Below are positions 9,201 to 18,860 of a DNA stretch of 38,310 bases, piece after piece (position 1 is the stretch's first letter; each line of letters starts with the position of its first letter). The notes beneath the pieces were generated by a model. That model saw nothing but the letters and a program-made list of their open reading frames with translations. It did no database searches and was not told where the DNA came from. The stretch is from Candidatus Nealsonbacteria bacterium (GTDB lineage Bacteria > Patescibacteriota > Minisyncoccia > Minisyncoccales > RBG-13-42-11): the NCBI GenBank assembly GCA_019923655.1, contig JAHXGL010000004.1, forward strand, positions 1-38,310, written 5' to 3'. A program made the position numbers and the translations under genes.

Positions 9201-9776
9201 TTAGCCAATCACTTCGTCAATAATGCCGTATTCTTTTGCTTCTTGGGCTGATAAATAAAAATCGCGGTCAGTGTCTTTTTCCACTTTTTCCAAGAGCTGG
9301 CCAGTGTGTTTGGCTAAAATTTTATTGAGTTTTTCTTTTATTTTAATGATTTGCTTGGCTGTAATCTCAATTTCCACTGCTTGACCGGTTACGCCGCCAG
9401 CCACCTGATGAAGTAAAATTTCAGCATTGGGCAGGGCAAAACGTTTTCCTTTAGCCCCGGCCGCTAAGAGAGTAGCGCCCATTGAACCGGCAATGCCAAT
9501 ACAAACCGTGGAAATAGGACATTTAACATACTGCATTGTGTCATAAATTGCCATACCAGCTGTCACCACCCCCCCTGGGCTATTGATGTAAAGTTGAATA
9601 TCTTTATCCGGCCCCTTAGAAGCCAAAAACAGCATTTGAGCAATCACGGAATTGGCGACCGGGTCAGTAATCGGTCCTGCCAAAAAAATAATTCTGTCTT
9701 TCAAAAGACGGGAATAGATGTCATAGGCGCGCTCTCCGTATTGGTTTTTTTCTATTACAGTAGGTATAAGATTCAT
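9201..9776 (-). CDS. clpP: ATP-dependent Clp protease proteolytic subunit
   Basis: '[18 protein letters not shown]', 'YINSPGG', catalytic Ser/His/Asp motifs. Confidence 0.97.
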   Translation of the reverse strand: MNLIPTVIEKNQYGERAYDIYSRLLKDRIIFLAGPITDPVANSVIAQMLFLASKGPDKDIQLYINSPGGVVTAGMAIYDTMQYVKCPISTVCIGIAGSMGATLLAAGAKGKRFALPNAEILLHQVAGGVTGQAVEIEITAKQIIKIKEKLNKILAKHTGQLLEKVEKDTDRDFYLSAQEAKEYGIIDEVIG

Positions 9777-9789
9777 TACTTGAAAGTTA

Positions 9790-10683
9790 TTATTGAGCCA
9801 AGCTCTCTAAAAACTTAAAGACCTTCTCGCTTTTAATTACTTCTTTAGTATAGTTTTTTAACCTTTCTATGTCAATATCTGTTTGAGGAGTGTTTTTTTG
9901 AGAAGGGTTTTCTAAAATTTTATTTACCTCATCATCAATTTCGCTTTCAGAAACTTCAATCTTTTCTTTTTTTCCAATTTCTTTCAGAATTAAAGAATTT
10001 TTAATCCTTTTTTCAACCTCTGGCAAAAAAGAATCTATTATCTCTTTTTCTGTTTTGTTTATTTTAGCCAAATAATCTTCAAAATTTTTAAACTGAAGTA
10101 TTTGGAAAACCTGAAACTTCAAGTCTTCCAACATTCGCTTTTTTTCCGCTTCTATCAAAACTTCCGGGAGTTCAACTTCTAAATTTTCCCCTATTTTATC
10201 TAAAATTTCCTGACAAACTCTTTGGCTTTCAATTTTTTCTTTTTCCTTCTTTATCCTGGCAAGCTCGTCATCGGTTATTATAATATTTTTTTGTTTTTTT
10301 ACTTTAGAACCAATTTGCCTGTAATCCGACAAGTAAATGTCAGGAAGAATCGCTACCTTAGCTTTAAATTCTAAGGGATTGCCTTGCGCCAGTTTAAGAA
10401 GAGTAATCTCTGGCTGGCCAATCGCTTCAATTTTATTTTCTTTGATTGCTTTAAGATAATTGGTTTTTATCGCCGCTTCTGAAGCCATTTTTAAAATTTT
10501 ATCCCTTCCAACCTCTCTTTCAATTATTTCCTTTGGCGCTTTTCCTTTGCGAAATCCCGGAAACTCAAGGCTCTGTCCTGAATCCAAAACAGCTCTTTCA
10601 ATAAAATCTTGAAATTCCAAAACCGGAATTTCAATTTTAAGTTCTATTTCTGATTTTGGCAGTTTTTGAATATTGATTTTCAT
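9790..10683 (-). CDS. tig: Trigger factor (short form, apparently lacking the FKBP domain)
   Basis: Ribosome-binding 'PGFRKGKAP', adjacent to clpP, only 297 aa. Confidence 0.88.
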   Translation of the reverse strand: MKINIQKLPKSEIELKIEIPVLEFQDFIERAVLDSGQSLEFPGFRKGKAPKEIIEREVGRDKILKMASEAAIKTNYLKAIKENKIEAIGQPEITLLKLAQGNPLEFKAKVAILPDIYLSDYRQIGSKVKKQKNIIITDDELARIKKEKEKIESQRVCQEILDKIGENLEVELPEVLIEAEKKRMLEDLKFQVFQILQFKNFEDYLAKINKTEKEIIDSFLPEVEKRIKNSLILKEIGKKEKIEVSESEIDDEVNKILENPSQKNTPQTDIDIERLKNYTKEVIKSEKVFKFLESLAQ

Positions 10684-11876
10684 GCTGGTTTTTTCTTTTT
10701 TGGTTTACGCGGTTTGTCGCCTTGTTCGCTCTTATCTTCCTGGTTGCTCTCTATTTTTCTAACATCTATTTTCCAGCCGGTTAATTTTGCCGCCAATCTG
10801 ACATTTTGACCCTCTTTTCCAATAGCCAAAGAAAGCTGATCTTCAGCCACAAAACAAAGCGCTCTGTTTTTGGGCAAAATCTTTACTTCTAAAACTTTGG
10901 CCGGCGCCAAAGAATTAGCAATCAATTTCTCTGGCTGGTCAGACCATTCAATAATGTCAATTTTTTCTCCGCCTAACTCATTAATAACCGCTACCACCCT
11001 GGTTCCTTTTTGGCCAACCAGACTGCCGATTGGGTCTATTTTCTCATCATTAGCAAAAACAGCGATTTTGGAACGAAAACCAGGCTCCCGGGCTAAAGAT
11101 TTTATTTGAACCTGACCCGAAGCGATTTCCGGCACTTCTAATTCAAAAAGCTTGGAAATTATTTTGGGATAAGCCCGAGATAAAAAAACAGCTGGTCCCT
11201 TAGAGGTTTCTTCTGTCCTTAAAATATAAACCTTAAACCGCTGACCCGGCCGATAAAACTCTCCTGGCGCCTGTTCTTCTTTTAATAAAATGCCTAAGGT
11301 TTTACCAATATCTAAAAAGACATTATTATTGTCAACTCTCTGAACAATGCCGGAAACTATTTCTCCTTCCTTTGCCTTGTATTCGCTGAAAATACTATCT
11401 TTCTCAGCCTTTCTTATTTGCTGGATAATTACTTGTTTGGCGGTCTGGGCAGCTATTCTGCCATAATCTTCTCGGACGGCTAAGGCTGTTTTTATTTCCT
11501 GACCAGCTTTTATCTTTGGTTTTGATTTTTTAGCTTGCTCAAGCATAATATGCTTTTCCGGATTAAAGCGAACTTTTTCCTTGTCAAATTCAAGACATTT
11601 TTTATCTTCATCCTTTTTCTTGTTTTTTGCTTTTGCTTTTTCTGTTTCTTCTTCAAAATAGACCCCGTCTTTATCTACTACTAATTTTATTTGCCAAAAT
11701 TTAACTTCACCTGTTTTCGGGTCAAGTTTAGCTTTAATAATCTGGCCTTTTCGGCCGTAATCTTTTTTATAAGCAGCAGCAAAAGCAATTTCAACGGTTT
11801 CCAAAACCTTGTCTGAAGAAATTCCTTTTTCTTCGGCAATTTGGGCAATAGCTGATGTAAAATTTTTTAGATCCAT
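10680..11876 (-). CDS. nusA: Transcription termination factor NusA
   Basis: 'YGRIAAQTAKQVIIQ', S1 and KH domains, 'AIGKEGQNVRLAAKLTGWKID'. Confidence 0.97.
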   Translation of the reverse strand: MDLKNFTSAIAQIAEEKGISSDKVLETVEIAFAAAYKKDYGRKGQIIKAKLDPKTGEVKFWQIKLVVDKDGVYFEEETEKAKAKNKKKDEDKKCLEFDKEKVRFNPEKHIMLEQAKKSKPKIKAGQEIKTALAVREDYGRIAAQTAKQVIIQQIRKAEKDSIFSEYKAKEGEIVSGIVQRVDNNNVFLDIGKTLGILLKEEQAPGEFYRPGQRFKVYILRTEETSKGPAVFLSRAYPKIISKLFELEVPEIASGQVQIKSLAREPGFRSKIAVFANDEKIDPIGSLVGQKGTRVVAVINELGGEKIDIIEWSDQPEKLIANSLAPAKVLEVKILPKNRALCFVAEDQLSLAIGKEGQNVRLAAKLTGWKIDVRKIESNQEDKSEQGDKPRKPKKKKPA

Positions 11877-12003
11877 AATAATAACTTAAAATTCAAAATG
11901 TAAAAAGAAATAAATTAAAAATGTCTGTTTTCCAACAGACAAAATTAAATATCATTCCAGGCTAGTTTTAATTTAGCAAAACAAAATAGTTTGTCAAGGA
12001 TTA

Positions 12004-12627
12004 CTAACGGTTTCGCTGAAAATTTTTCTCTAAAACTTTCATAAATTCAACTAAAACCGGGTCGTCCAAATTTTCCTTAGCCCATCTCATCCAAAGCCTG
12101 CGCTGGATTTTCCCGTGTTTTTTCCAATATTCTAAACCTTGCAAGATGTTCTCAACTTTATCCACCTGTTTAACAAACCTTCCTTCTTTGGTTAATCCTT
12201 TTTCAAAATCAAGCCAAAGATTTTTTATTTCAGCTTTTAATCCCGGGGGCAATTTAAAAATAAGCTTATCTAAAGCTTTATTCTCTATTTTGTATTTGTC
12301 TTGGTGTCTTTTTATTTTTAGAGCGGGGGTAAATTTTGGCCAATGTTTAAGAACCTCTATTATCTTCTTTTTATCTTTAGGCAGAAGAGGGTCATAGGGA
12401 GTTATATCCGGAGAATAGACTTCGCATAAATCATGAACTAAAGCCATCTTAATTGCTCTTTCCATATTCAATTTCCTGTTTCTGCCCAATGTCCAGGCAA
12501 TAATCGCCATTCGAAAAATATGCTCTGCTGTAGTTTCTGAATTCCTTATCCCGTGAACTTGCCAGCCCCTTCTCTCTTTTCCTTTTAACTTACCAACTTC
12601 AATTAAAAAATTAAGAAGATTTTCCAT
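12004..12627 (-). CDS. HD-domain phosphohydrolase (YfbR/HDDC2-like)
   Basis: 'LKGKERRGW..ETTAEHIFR..ALVHDLCEVY..DKVE'. Likely start is ATG 12627. Confidence 0.88.
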   Translation of the reverse strand: MENLLNFLIEVGKLKGKERRGWQVHGIRNSETTAEHIFRMAIIAWTLGRNRKLNMERAIKMALVHDLCEVYSPDITPYDPLLPKDKKKIIEVLKHWPKFTPALKIKRHQDKYKIENKALDKLIFKLPPGLKAEIKNLWLDFEKGLTKEGRFVKQVDKVENILQGLEYWKKHGKIQRRLWMRWAKENLDDPVLVEFMKVLEKNFQRNR

Positions 12628-12725
12628 ATATCGTGAAGACCACTGAATGAATTCAGTGGTCTTCTTGCCCAAAGCTCTATAAAGAAGGAGGGTTTATTTC
12701 CCCTAAAGGGAATATCAAAAATTTA

Positions 12726-13421
12726 TTAATTAGCATTTTTTTGACCTTTATTTTGCGTTTTTTTGCTATTATTCTTAAAACTTGTCAGATATTTCCTCTT
12801 TTTTGATGAGAGAAATTTTTTATCAAGACATTCCATAAATTCAAGCAAAACCGGGTCGTCAAAATATTCTCTTGCCCACCACCACCAAGGCATAAGAGGA
12901 GGTTTTTTATGTTTCTTCCAATACTCTAAAGCCTGTAAGAGATTTTCCATCTTGTCTGCCTGACGGGCAAACCTTCCCTCTTTGCTCAATCCTTTTCTGT
13001 AATCCAGCCAGAGATTTTTAATTTCTTTTTTTAATTTTGGCGCCAAATTTTTAGTAAGCTTTAACAACGCTTTCCATTCTTTTTTATATTTTTCTTGTTC
13101 TGTTTTTTCTTTTTGGCTTTTTGAAAATCTTGGCCATGTCCTCATTAGTTCCGCTAATTTCTTTTTATTTTTCGGAAGAATTCTATCATAAGGAGTTATA
13201 TCTCCGGCATAAACTTCGCAAAGGTCGTGAATCAAAATTATTTTAAGAAGTTTTTCTCTGTTCAGTCCCTTTTTTTCACCTAAAATCCAAACCATTACCG
13301 ATGTTCGGAAAATATGGTCGGCAATGCTTTCGGGATTTTTTATTCTATTTATCACCCAGCCCCTCCTCGGCATTCTTTTTAATTTCCCAATCTCAATAAA
13401 AAAATCAACAAGTTCTTTCAT
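12726..13421 (-). CDS. HD-domain phosphohydrolase (YfbR/HDDC2-like), tandem paralogue
   Basis: 'LKRMPRRGW..ESIADHIFR..LIHDLCEVYAGDITP..ADKME'. Likely start is ATG 13421. Confidence 0.88.
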   Translation of the reverse strand: MKELVDFFIEIGKLKRMPRRGWVINRIKNPESIADHIFRTSVMVWILGEKKGLNREKLLKIILIHDLCEVYAGDITPYDRILPKNKKKLAELMRTWPRFSKSQKEKTEQEKYKKEWKALLKLTKNLAPKLKKEIKNLWLDYRKGLSKEGRFARQADKMENLLQALEYWKKHKKPPLMPWWWWAREYFDDPVLLEFMECLDKKFLSSKKRKYLTSFKNNSKKTQNKGQKNAN

Positions 13422-13523
13422 ATATGTATATATATGTATATTCAATTTAACACAATTTCAAAAAAATAAAAAGACCCCGCCCTGCCGCGAACGTATTCGC
13501 GGCTGGCGCGGGGCATAATTTGG

Positions 13524-14000
13524 CTAGACTCTTTTATACTCTATTTTTTTTATTTTATAAGTTGTCTTGACCACAGATTGGACCGTGACTACGTCTCCAA
13601 CCTTATGTCCCAAAAGAGCTTTACCTACTATCGATTCATTAGAAATTATACCCAGGGAAGGGTTGGCTTCTAATGTGCCTAAAATAGTGAATTCGTCAAG
13701 CTGTTTGTCAGCTTCAATTACAACAGTTGCTCCTAAATTGATAATATCTTGTTTTGACTTAGAGGGAATTTTAATCAATTCAACATTTTTAAGGGTATTC
13801 TCAATATCCATTAATCTAGATTCCAGAAAATTTAAGTCCTCCTGAAAAGCAAGGTATTCAGGGTTTATGTCTTCAGAATGCAAAAGCTCGGGCAATTCCC
13901 CCTTTGTTTTAGCAAGCTTAAATTCTTTAAGGCTGTTATACTCCTTTTTTGTTTTTTCTAATCCCTTTTTAGTTAAATAAAAAACTCTTTCTTCTGCCAT
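13524..14000 (-). CDS. greA: GreA/GreB family elongation factor
   Basis: 'YLTKKGLEK..', 'ISNESIVGKALLGHKVGD'. Confidence 0.85.
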   Translation of the reverse strand: MAEERVFYLTKKGLEKTKKEYNSLKEFKLAKTKGELPELLHSEDINPEYLAFQEDLNFLESRLMDIENTLKNVELIKIPSKSKQDIINLGATVVIEADKQLDEFTILGTLEANPSLGIISNESIVGKALLGHKVGDVVTVQSVVKTTYKIKKIEYKRV

Positions 14001-14228
14001 ATTTGTGCGAAAACCCCTGTGGCTAAGGGGTTGATATAAAAAAGATAAATATTTTTTTCAACCCTTTCAGCAAATCGTTTTTTCAAAAAGAATTCCTAAA
14101 ACGCCATTAATTTGTTTTGAGACAATGGCAATTTTGTGATAATTGTTTTTCTTTTTGCTTTCTCTGGTCATTTTTAATTAACCCTAATGCTTTGAATTCT
14201 ATCATTGCCAACGCACTTGTCAAGCTCT

Positions 14229-15161
14229 CTAAAGGGAGTTTTCCACAGTTTCCTTTTGTTCAAAAATTTTCTCAAAAAGAGGAACAATTTGTTTTTTTCT
14301 TGACATTAAACCGCTAACCCAGAAAGAATTATTTTTAAATTTCCCCTCAAACGCTCTTTCTATTTTTTCTTCCTGTTCAGAACAAAAAATTTCGCTGCCT
14401 TGCTTGAAAATATCCGTTAAAATAAGAACTATTAAATCGTATTTTTTCATTTTTTTAATTTCCTCCATACTCTTAATAATTTCTTGTTTTTTATTTTTTC
14501 TAAGAAATTCGTCAATTTCAAGGACTTGAATTTGGCTAATTCCTGTTTTGCGGCCGGAAAAAAAATACTCCTTAAAATCGCGTTGGATTAAATCTTTAAT
14601 CGGAGCGTCAAAATCCATTCCGGCTTTCTTTATTTCTTTGCCGAAAAGAACGAGGTCAAGTTTTAAGTTTTCATTTAATTTTTGAGCAATCTCTTTATCA
14701 AGAATGGTTGTTGTCGGACACTTAAAAATAATCGTATCTGATAAAATTGCGGAAATCAAAAGACCAGCCAGGTTTCTTGGAATTTCTAAATTTTTCTTAA
14801 AAAATTCTTTAGCCAAAATTGTCGCTGTTGACCCAACTGCTTCGCAATGAATAAAAATCGCTGACGGATAAGAAAAATTAAAACGATGATGGTCCCAAAT
14901 TTCTAAAATTTCAAAGTCGCCATCAGGTCTATGCTCTTTTTCGTTGTGGTCAACTAAAATCAATTTAGTTCCTGAAACATCTTTAATTAAGTCCGGTTCA
15001 ACAAAACTGAATTTTTCTAAAACAAATTTGGTCTCCGGATTAATCGGACCAGGCCTTAGGGCTTTTGCTTCCCGTCCTTGTTTTCTCAAAAAATAAGCAT
15101 AGGCAATAGCGGAAACAATTGAATCAGTATCTGTATTTTTATGACCGATTACATAAAGCAT
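14229..15161 (-). CDS. ppaC: Manganese-dependent inorganic pyrophosphatase (family II)
   Basis: 'GHKNTDTDS', 'LVDHNE', 'DHH', 'SRKKQIVP'. Confidence 0.95.
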   Translation of the reverse strand: MLYVIGHKNTDTDSIVSAIAYAYFLRKQGREAKALRPGPINPETKFVLEKFSFVEPDLIKDVSGTKLILVDHNEKEHRPDGDFEILEIWDHHRFNFSYPSAIFIHCEAVGSTATILAKEFFKKNLEIPRNLAGLLISAILSDTIIFKCPTTTILDKEIAQKLNENLKLDLVLFGKEIKKAGMDFDAPIKDLIQRDFKEYFFSGRKTGISQIQVLEIDEFLRKNKKQEIIKSMEEIKKMKKYDLIVLILTDIFKQGSEIFCSEQEEKIERAFEGKFKNNSFWVSGLMSRKKQIVPLFEKIFEQKETVENSL

Positions 15162-15164
15162 ACG

Positions 15165-16187
15165 TTAAAACATTAAAAGCTTAACCACAAATAAAAGATA
15201 AATCAGAAGATACATCATTCCTTCCCAGATATGAATCCTTCTGGATATCCCGGAAATAACAAAAAGCAGAGTCGCTACCACTAAAAACGGAAGTCCAATG
15301 GTAAAAGTCAGGTTGTCCACAATTAAAGGACGAATTAAGCTTGGAATTCCGACTACCATTAAAACATTAAAGATATTTGAACCAAGAACATTTCCCAGGG
15401 CAATTTCGTATTTTTTTGCCCAGGCAGCCCCTACAGAAACTATCAATTCCGGCAAAGAAGTGCCAATGGCAACAGCAATAATGGCAATAAGAGAAGTAGG
15501 AACCCCGAGAAAACCAGCCAGCATGATTACTGATTCAATGGTAAAATAGGCGCTTATAGTCAAACCAACTATTCCGAGAACTAAAAAAAAGAGAACTCTT
15601 GAGCCAATTTTAGGTCCAAGAACTGCCTGTTTTTTTGAATCCATTTTCTTCCTTCTTTCAACATGAGACGGCAAAATTTCAACCATTTCTTCGGGGGTTA
15701 CTCGAAAAACTCCTTTTTCTTTTGGCTTGTTTTCTTCTCCTCTGTTGAAAATTGTATATAAGAGATAAATAACAAAAGCGCAAAGAAGCAAAGCTCCTTC
15801 CCAGGCAACAATCTTTCTGTCCCACATAATAAAAACAAAAAGTGCTGTTGACGCCGCCAAAAGAGGAGCGTCTAAGTCAATCAAAGATTTCCTTACAATA
15901 AGAGTTCGGGCAACTATAGACGAAAGGCCGACAATCAAAAGAATGTTGGCAATATTGGAACCCACCACATTAGCAACTACAATTTCAGTGGCGTCCTTGA
16001 AAACAGCGACAAGCGATGTAATCAACTCTGGAAAAGAAGTGCCAATAGCGACTATTGTTACGCCAATAATAAAAGGAGAAATCTTAAGAGCTAATCCAAT
16101 TTTCTCGGCGCTATTGACAAGCCAATCAGCTGATTTTACTAAAACCGCTAAACTTAAAATGAAAATTAAAATCCAAAAAATTAACAT
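15165..16187 (-). CDS. Calcium/sodium antiporter (YrbG-like, CaCA family)
   Basis: Two alpha-repeats 'GTSFPEL..GSNIAN' and 'GTSLPEL..GSNIFN', ~10 TMs. Confidence 0.93.
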   Translation of the reverse strand: MLIFWILIFILSLAVLVKSADWLVNSAEKIGLALKISPFIIGVTIVAIGTSFPELITSLVAVFKDATEIVVANVVGSNIANILLIVGLSSIVARTLIVRKSLIDLDAPLLAASTALFVFIMWDRKIVAWEGALLLCAFVIYLLYTIFNRGEENKPKEKGVFRVTPEEMVEILPSHVERRKKMDSKKQAVLGPKIGSRVLFFLVLGIVGLTISAYFTIESVIMLAGFLGVPTSLIAIIAVAIGTSLPELIVSVGAAWAKKYEIALGNVLGSNIFNVLMVVGIPSLIRPLIVDNLTFTIGLPFLVVATLLFVISGISRRIHIWEGMMYLLIYLLFVVKLLMF

Positions 16188-16234
16188 GTTTTTATTCTAA
16201 CATAGTTTCATTCAAGTGAACTACCACTAGGCTA

Positions 16235-16280
16235 GGAGTGTAAGCTTCTCAATCTGATGTGGATTCGAATCTCACACTCC
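16235..16280. mobile_element. 46-bp mini inverted-repeat insertion with TA duplication
   Basis: Absent from the 1881-1987 copy. Ends GGAGTGTAAGCTTC / GAATCTCACACTCC (12/14 inverted match), flanked by TA at 16233-34 and 16281-82. Confidence 0.8.
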
Positions 16281-17408
16281 TAAAGACCTATTGGCTTCTT
16301 GGGTCGTAAGACCTGCTATTGCAGTATCCTCGCCAAAGGGCAGAACCTGCCCTAATTTTAAGATATTTTTTGCCGCATTGACATCTCTGTCACCTATATA
16401 CAAACACTCCGGACAGTAGTGTGTTCTCTGTGAAAGCGACTTCTGGACAATCGCTCCACATTGTGAACATTTTTGCGATGTATATACAGGATTGACTTTA
16501 ATAAACGTTCTGGAGAGTATTTGCAACTTATACTCCAGCATACTTAAAAAAGTAGCCCAGCTTGCGTCTGATATTGACAAACTCAAATAACGGTTTCTAA
16601 CCATTCCCGCCACATTCAAATTTTCTACAACTACCACATCATTTTCATTTGCGTATTTGTGGCTTAGTTTATGTAACCAGCCTCTTCTTTGTCTTTGAAT
16701 TGTTAAATGATTTTTAACTACAATCTGTCTTACTTTATTCCTATTCTTCCCTTCTTTTTGTTTTTTACTTAACTGTCTTTGGTTTCGTGCTAATTTGTAT
16801 TGTGCTTTTCTAAAAAACTTGGGCGCTTCAATTTTATTGCCACTGCTATCCGCAATAAAATATCTTAACCCCAAATCTAATCCTATCTGTTTATCTGTTT
16901 TTTTAACTTTGACTGACTTTATTTCGCAAATAACTTGAATATAATAACCATCTGCTCTTTTTACCAACCTTGTTAGTTTTGGTGTTCCTAAAAAATCTCT
17001 GTGTTGAATTACTTTAATTCCATTTGTTTTTGAAATATACCATTTGCCGTCTTTGATTTTCCCTTGTGTATAATCCCTGAAAGCAAAACTTGACCATCGT
17101 TTATACGATTGAAAGCGTGGAAAGCCAATCTTTTTACCTTGTTTTAACCCTCTAAAAAAGTTAGCAAAACTTCTATGTAATCTATCTAGTGTGGTATCTA
17201 CAAATTGAGCAGGGATATTTGGATATATCTGCTTGTTGTAATTCTTGTCTTGGGTGAAACGATTAAGATATTTACCAGTTTTTTCGTAATAGTCTATAAG
17301 CTCTTGTAAAGCATTGTTATACAAACATTTTGTTTCCCATAGTAAACTATCCAGTAATTTTACCTGCTTTTTGTTAGGCCTTAATTTATATTCAAAGATT
17401 TTATTCAT
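16272..17408 (-). CDS. tnpB: RNA-guided endonuclease TnpB
   Basis: N-terminal 'FEYKLRPNKKQ', RuvC-I 'GLDLGL', RuvC-II 'VVENL', Zn finger CSQC..CPEC, RuvC-III 'DRDVNAAKNI'. The D-E-D triad is intact. Confidence 0.96.
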   Translation of the reverse strand: MNKIFEYKLRPNKKQVKLLDSLLWETKCLYNNALQELIDYYEKTGKYLNRFTQDKNYNKQIYPNIPAQFVDTTLDRLHRSFANFFRGLKQGKKIGFPRFQSYKRWSSFAFRDYTQGKIKDGKWYISKTNGIKVIQHRDFLGTPKLTRLVKRADGYYIQVICEIKSVKVKKTDKQIGLDLGLRYFIADSSGNKIEAPKFFRKAQYKLARNQRQLSKKQKEGKNRNKVRQIVVKNHLTIQRQRRGWLHKLSHKYANENDVVVVENLNVAGMVRNRYLSLSISDASWATFLSMLEYKLQILSRTFIKVNPVYTSQKCSQCGAIVQKSLSQRTHYCPECLYIGDRDVNAAKNILKLGQVLPFGEDTAIAGLTTQEANRSLGV

Positions 17409-17485
17409 AACTTAAATATAGGCGAGTAGAAATTATTTGTCAACCGCCCCGCTAAAGACAATGCGGTTTGCGGGTGGGCATTCAA

Positions 17486-17517
17486 ATCAAAATGCCCGGC
17501 CAACCGGGCATTTTGAT
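17486..17517. terminator. Perfect 14-bp hairpin, probable terminator of the 17534-17737 gene
   Basis: ATCAAAATGCCCGG-CCAA-CCGGGCATTTTGAT. Confidence 0.7.
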
Positions 17518-17533
17518 AATATAACCAAAAGGC

Positions 17534-17737
17534 CTAAAACCTTCTTGGTCTTTGTTCTCGGAATTTACGCAGACAGTCCCGGCAGCGAATAGAATCCAAT
17601 CTTGAAGGATCGGGTTCAAAAGGCAACTGGGTTATTGGCGTTTCGCAATCGCGGCATTTAATGTTTAGATTAGAAACATCAAACATCTGACGTTGGAAAT
17701 TTCCTCCCTGAGAACCTTCATCAAACTTTTTAAACAT
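17534..17737 (-). CDS. Small CxxC-x17-CxxC-like zinc-binding protein
   Basis: 'CRDCETPITQLPFEPD..CRDC'. Confidence 0.8.
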   Translation of the reverse strand: MFKKFDEGSQGGNFQRQMFDVSNLNIKCRDCETPITQLPFEPDPSRLDSIRCRDCLRKFREQRPRRF

Positions 17738-17897
17738 TGTATTGTGTTCTTTGCTTAATTCTAATTAAAAAGCGACCTTTATTAACTCTAAGCCGCCTTA
17801 ATTAGGTTCTTCGCTAATTTTTAAAACAAACTATGAAGCCTTAGTTTAAGATATTCGACTTATCGTAATAATATTATATCCTATCTTGTTTAATATG

Positions 17898-18860
17898 TCA
17901 AACAGCGCTCCACTTGCCGCAGCGATCCCCCCACCTTGAAACTATTTTCTTGTCAATTCTTGTTTCTATTACCTCGCATTGATTAGGACAGCCAGCGCAT
18001 TGAAAAGAAGCGCATTTAATGTCTTTGTCTGAAATTTCAAATCCTAAAAACTTAGTTTTCTCAGGCATTTTTTCCTTAACCAAAAGAGCGGCTCCAAAAG
18101 CGCCAATTACTGTATTATGAGGCGGGACAATAATTTTTTGACCCAAAGCCAGCTCAAACGCTTTTCTCATCCCTAAATTTTCAGAAACTCCGCCTTGAAA
18201 AACTATTGGCCCTGAAATATTTTTCCCTTTTGCTACAGCTGAAAAATAATTTCTAACCAAAGAATGACAAAGTCCGGCCGCAATGTCTTCAATTGAATGT
18301 CCGATCTGCTGTTTATGAATCATATCGCTTTCTGAAAAAACAGTACATCTCCCGGAAATATAGGTTGGCTTGACTGATTTCAAGGATATTGCGCCAAATT
18401 CCTCAATCGGAATTTTTAAGCGATTGGCTTGAGCATCAAGAAAAGCTCCTGTGCCGGCTGCGCAGATCAAAGACATTGCAAAATCAACGACAACACCATT
18501 TTCCAAAATTATAATTTTTGAGTCCTGACCCCCGATTTCAATCACTGTCCTAACGCCAGGAACAAAAAAACTGGCTCCTTTGGCGTGAGTGGTAATTTCG
18601 TTTTTAATTAAGTCCGCCCCGATAATTACTCCGGCTAAATAACGAGCCGAGCCAGTAGCGCCCACTCCGATAATTTCAGTATTTTTTGGAATTTGGTTTC
18701 TTAATTCTTTTAATCCTTGCTGGACAGCCCTAATTGGGTTTCCTTGAGTCCGAAGATATAAAGAAGATAAAACTTGGTTATTAATGTCAATTAAAACCAA
18801 ATTAGTGGAAATAGAACCAACATCAATTCCTAAAAAAGCCCTAATGTTTTTTGTTTTCAT
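17898..18860 (-). CDS. 2-hydroxyacyl-CoA dehydratase activator (BadF/BadG/BcrA/BcrD ATPase)
   Basis: 'LGIDVGSIST', 'EIGGQDSK', 'CAAGTG', 'CTVF', 'FQGGV', C-terminal 'CAGCPNQC..RCGK'. Confidence 0.92.
   Translation of the reverse strand: MKTKNIRAFLGIDVGSISTNLVLIDINNQVLSSLYLRTQGNPIRAVQQGLKELRNQIPKNTEIIGVGATGSARYLAGVIIGADLIKNEITTHAKGASFFVPGVRTVIEIGGQDSKIIILENGVVVDFAMSLICAAGTGAFLDAQANRLKIPIEEFGAISLKSVKPTYISGRCTVFSESDMIHKQQIGHSIEDIAAGLCHSLVRNYFSAVAKGKNISGPIVFQGGVSENLGMRKAFELALGQKIIVPPHNTVIGAFGAALLVKEKMPEKTKFLGFEISDKDIKCASFQCAGCPNQCEVIETRIDKKIVSRWGDRCGKWSAV

Larger units (their letters stand above)
16216..17485 (-). mobile_element. IS200/IS605-family (IS1341-like, tnpB-only) element
   Basis: Right end ..GTAGTTCAC at 16216. 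Left-end hairpin AACCGCATTGTCTTTAGCGGGGCGGTT at ~17442-17468. TTGAT (candidate TAM) at 17490-17486. No tnpA in the window. The left boundary is approximate. Confidence 0.85.

Noticed and set aside
9790-10683. Short trigger factor and split polA as novelties
   Set aside because: FKBP-less trigger factors and stand-alone 5'-3' exonucleases are known in reduced genomes, and neither shows a frameshift here.
16272-17408. Nuclease-dead TnpB (TldR-like) or Cas12f working with the ECF sigma
   Set aside because: All three RuvC acidic residues are present, IS ends flank the gene, there is no CRISPR array, and it is 14 kb from the sigma gene.
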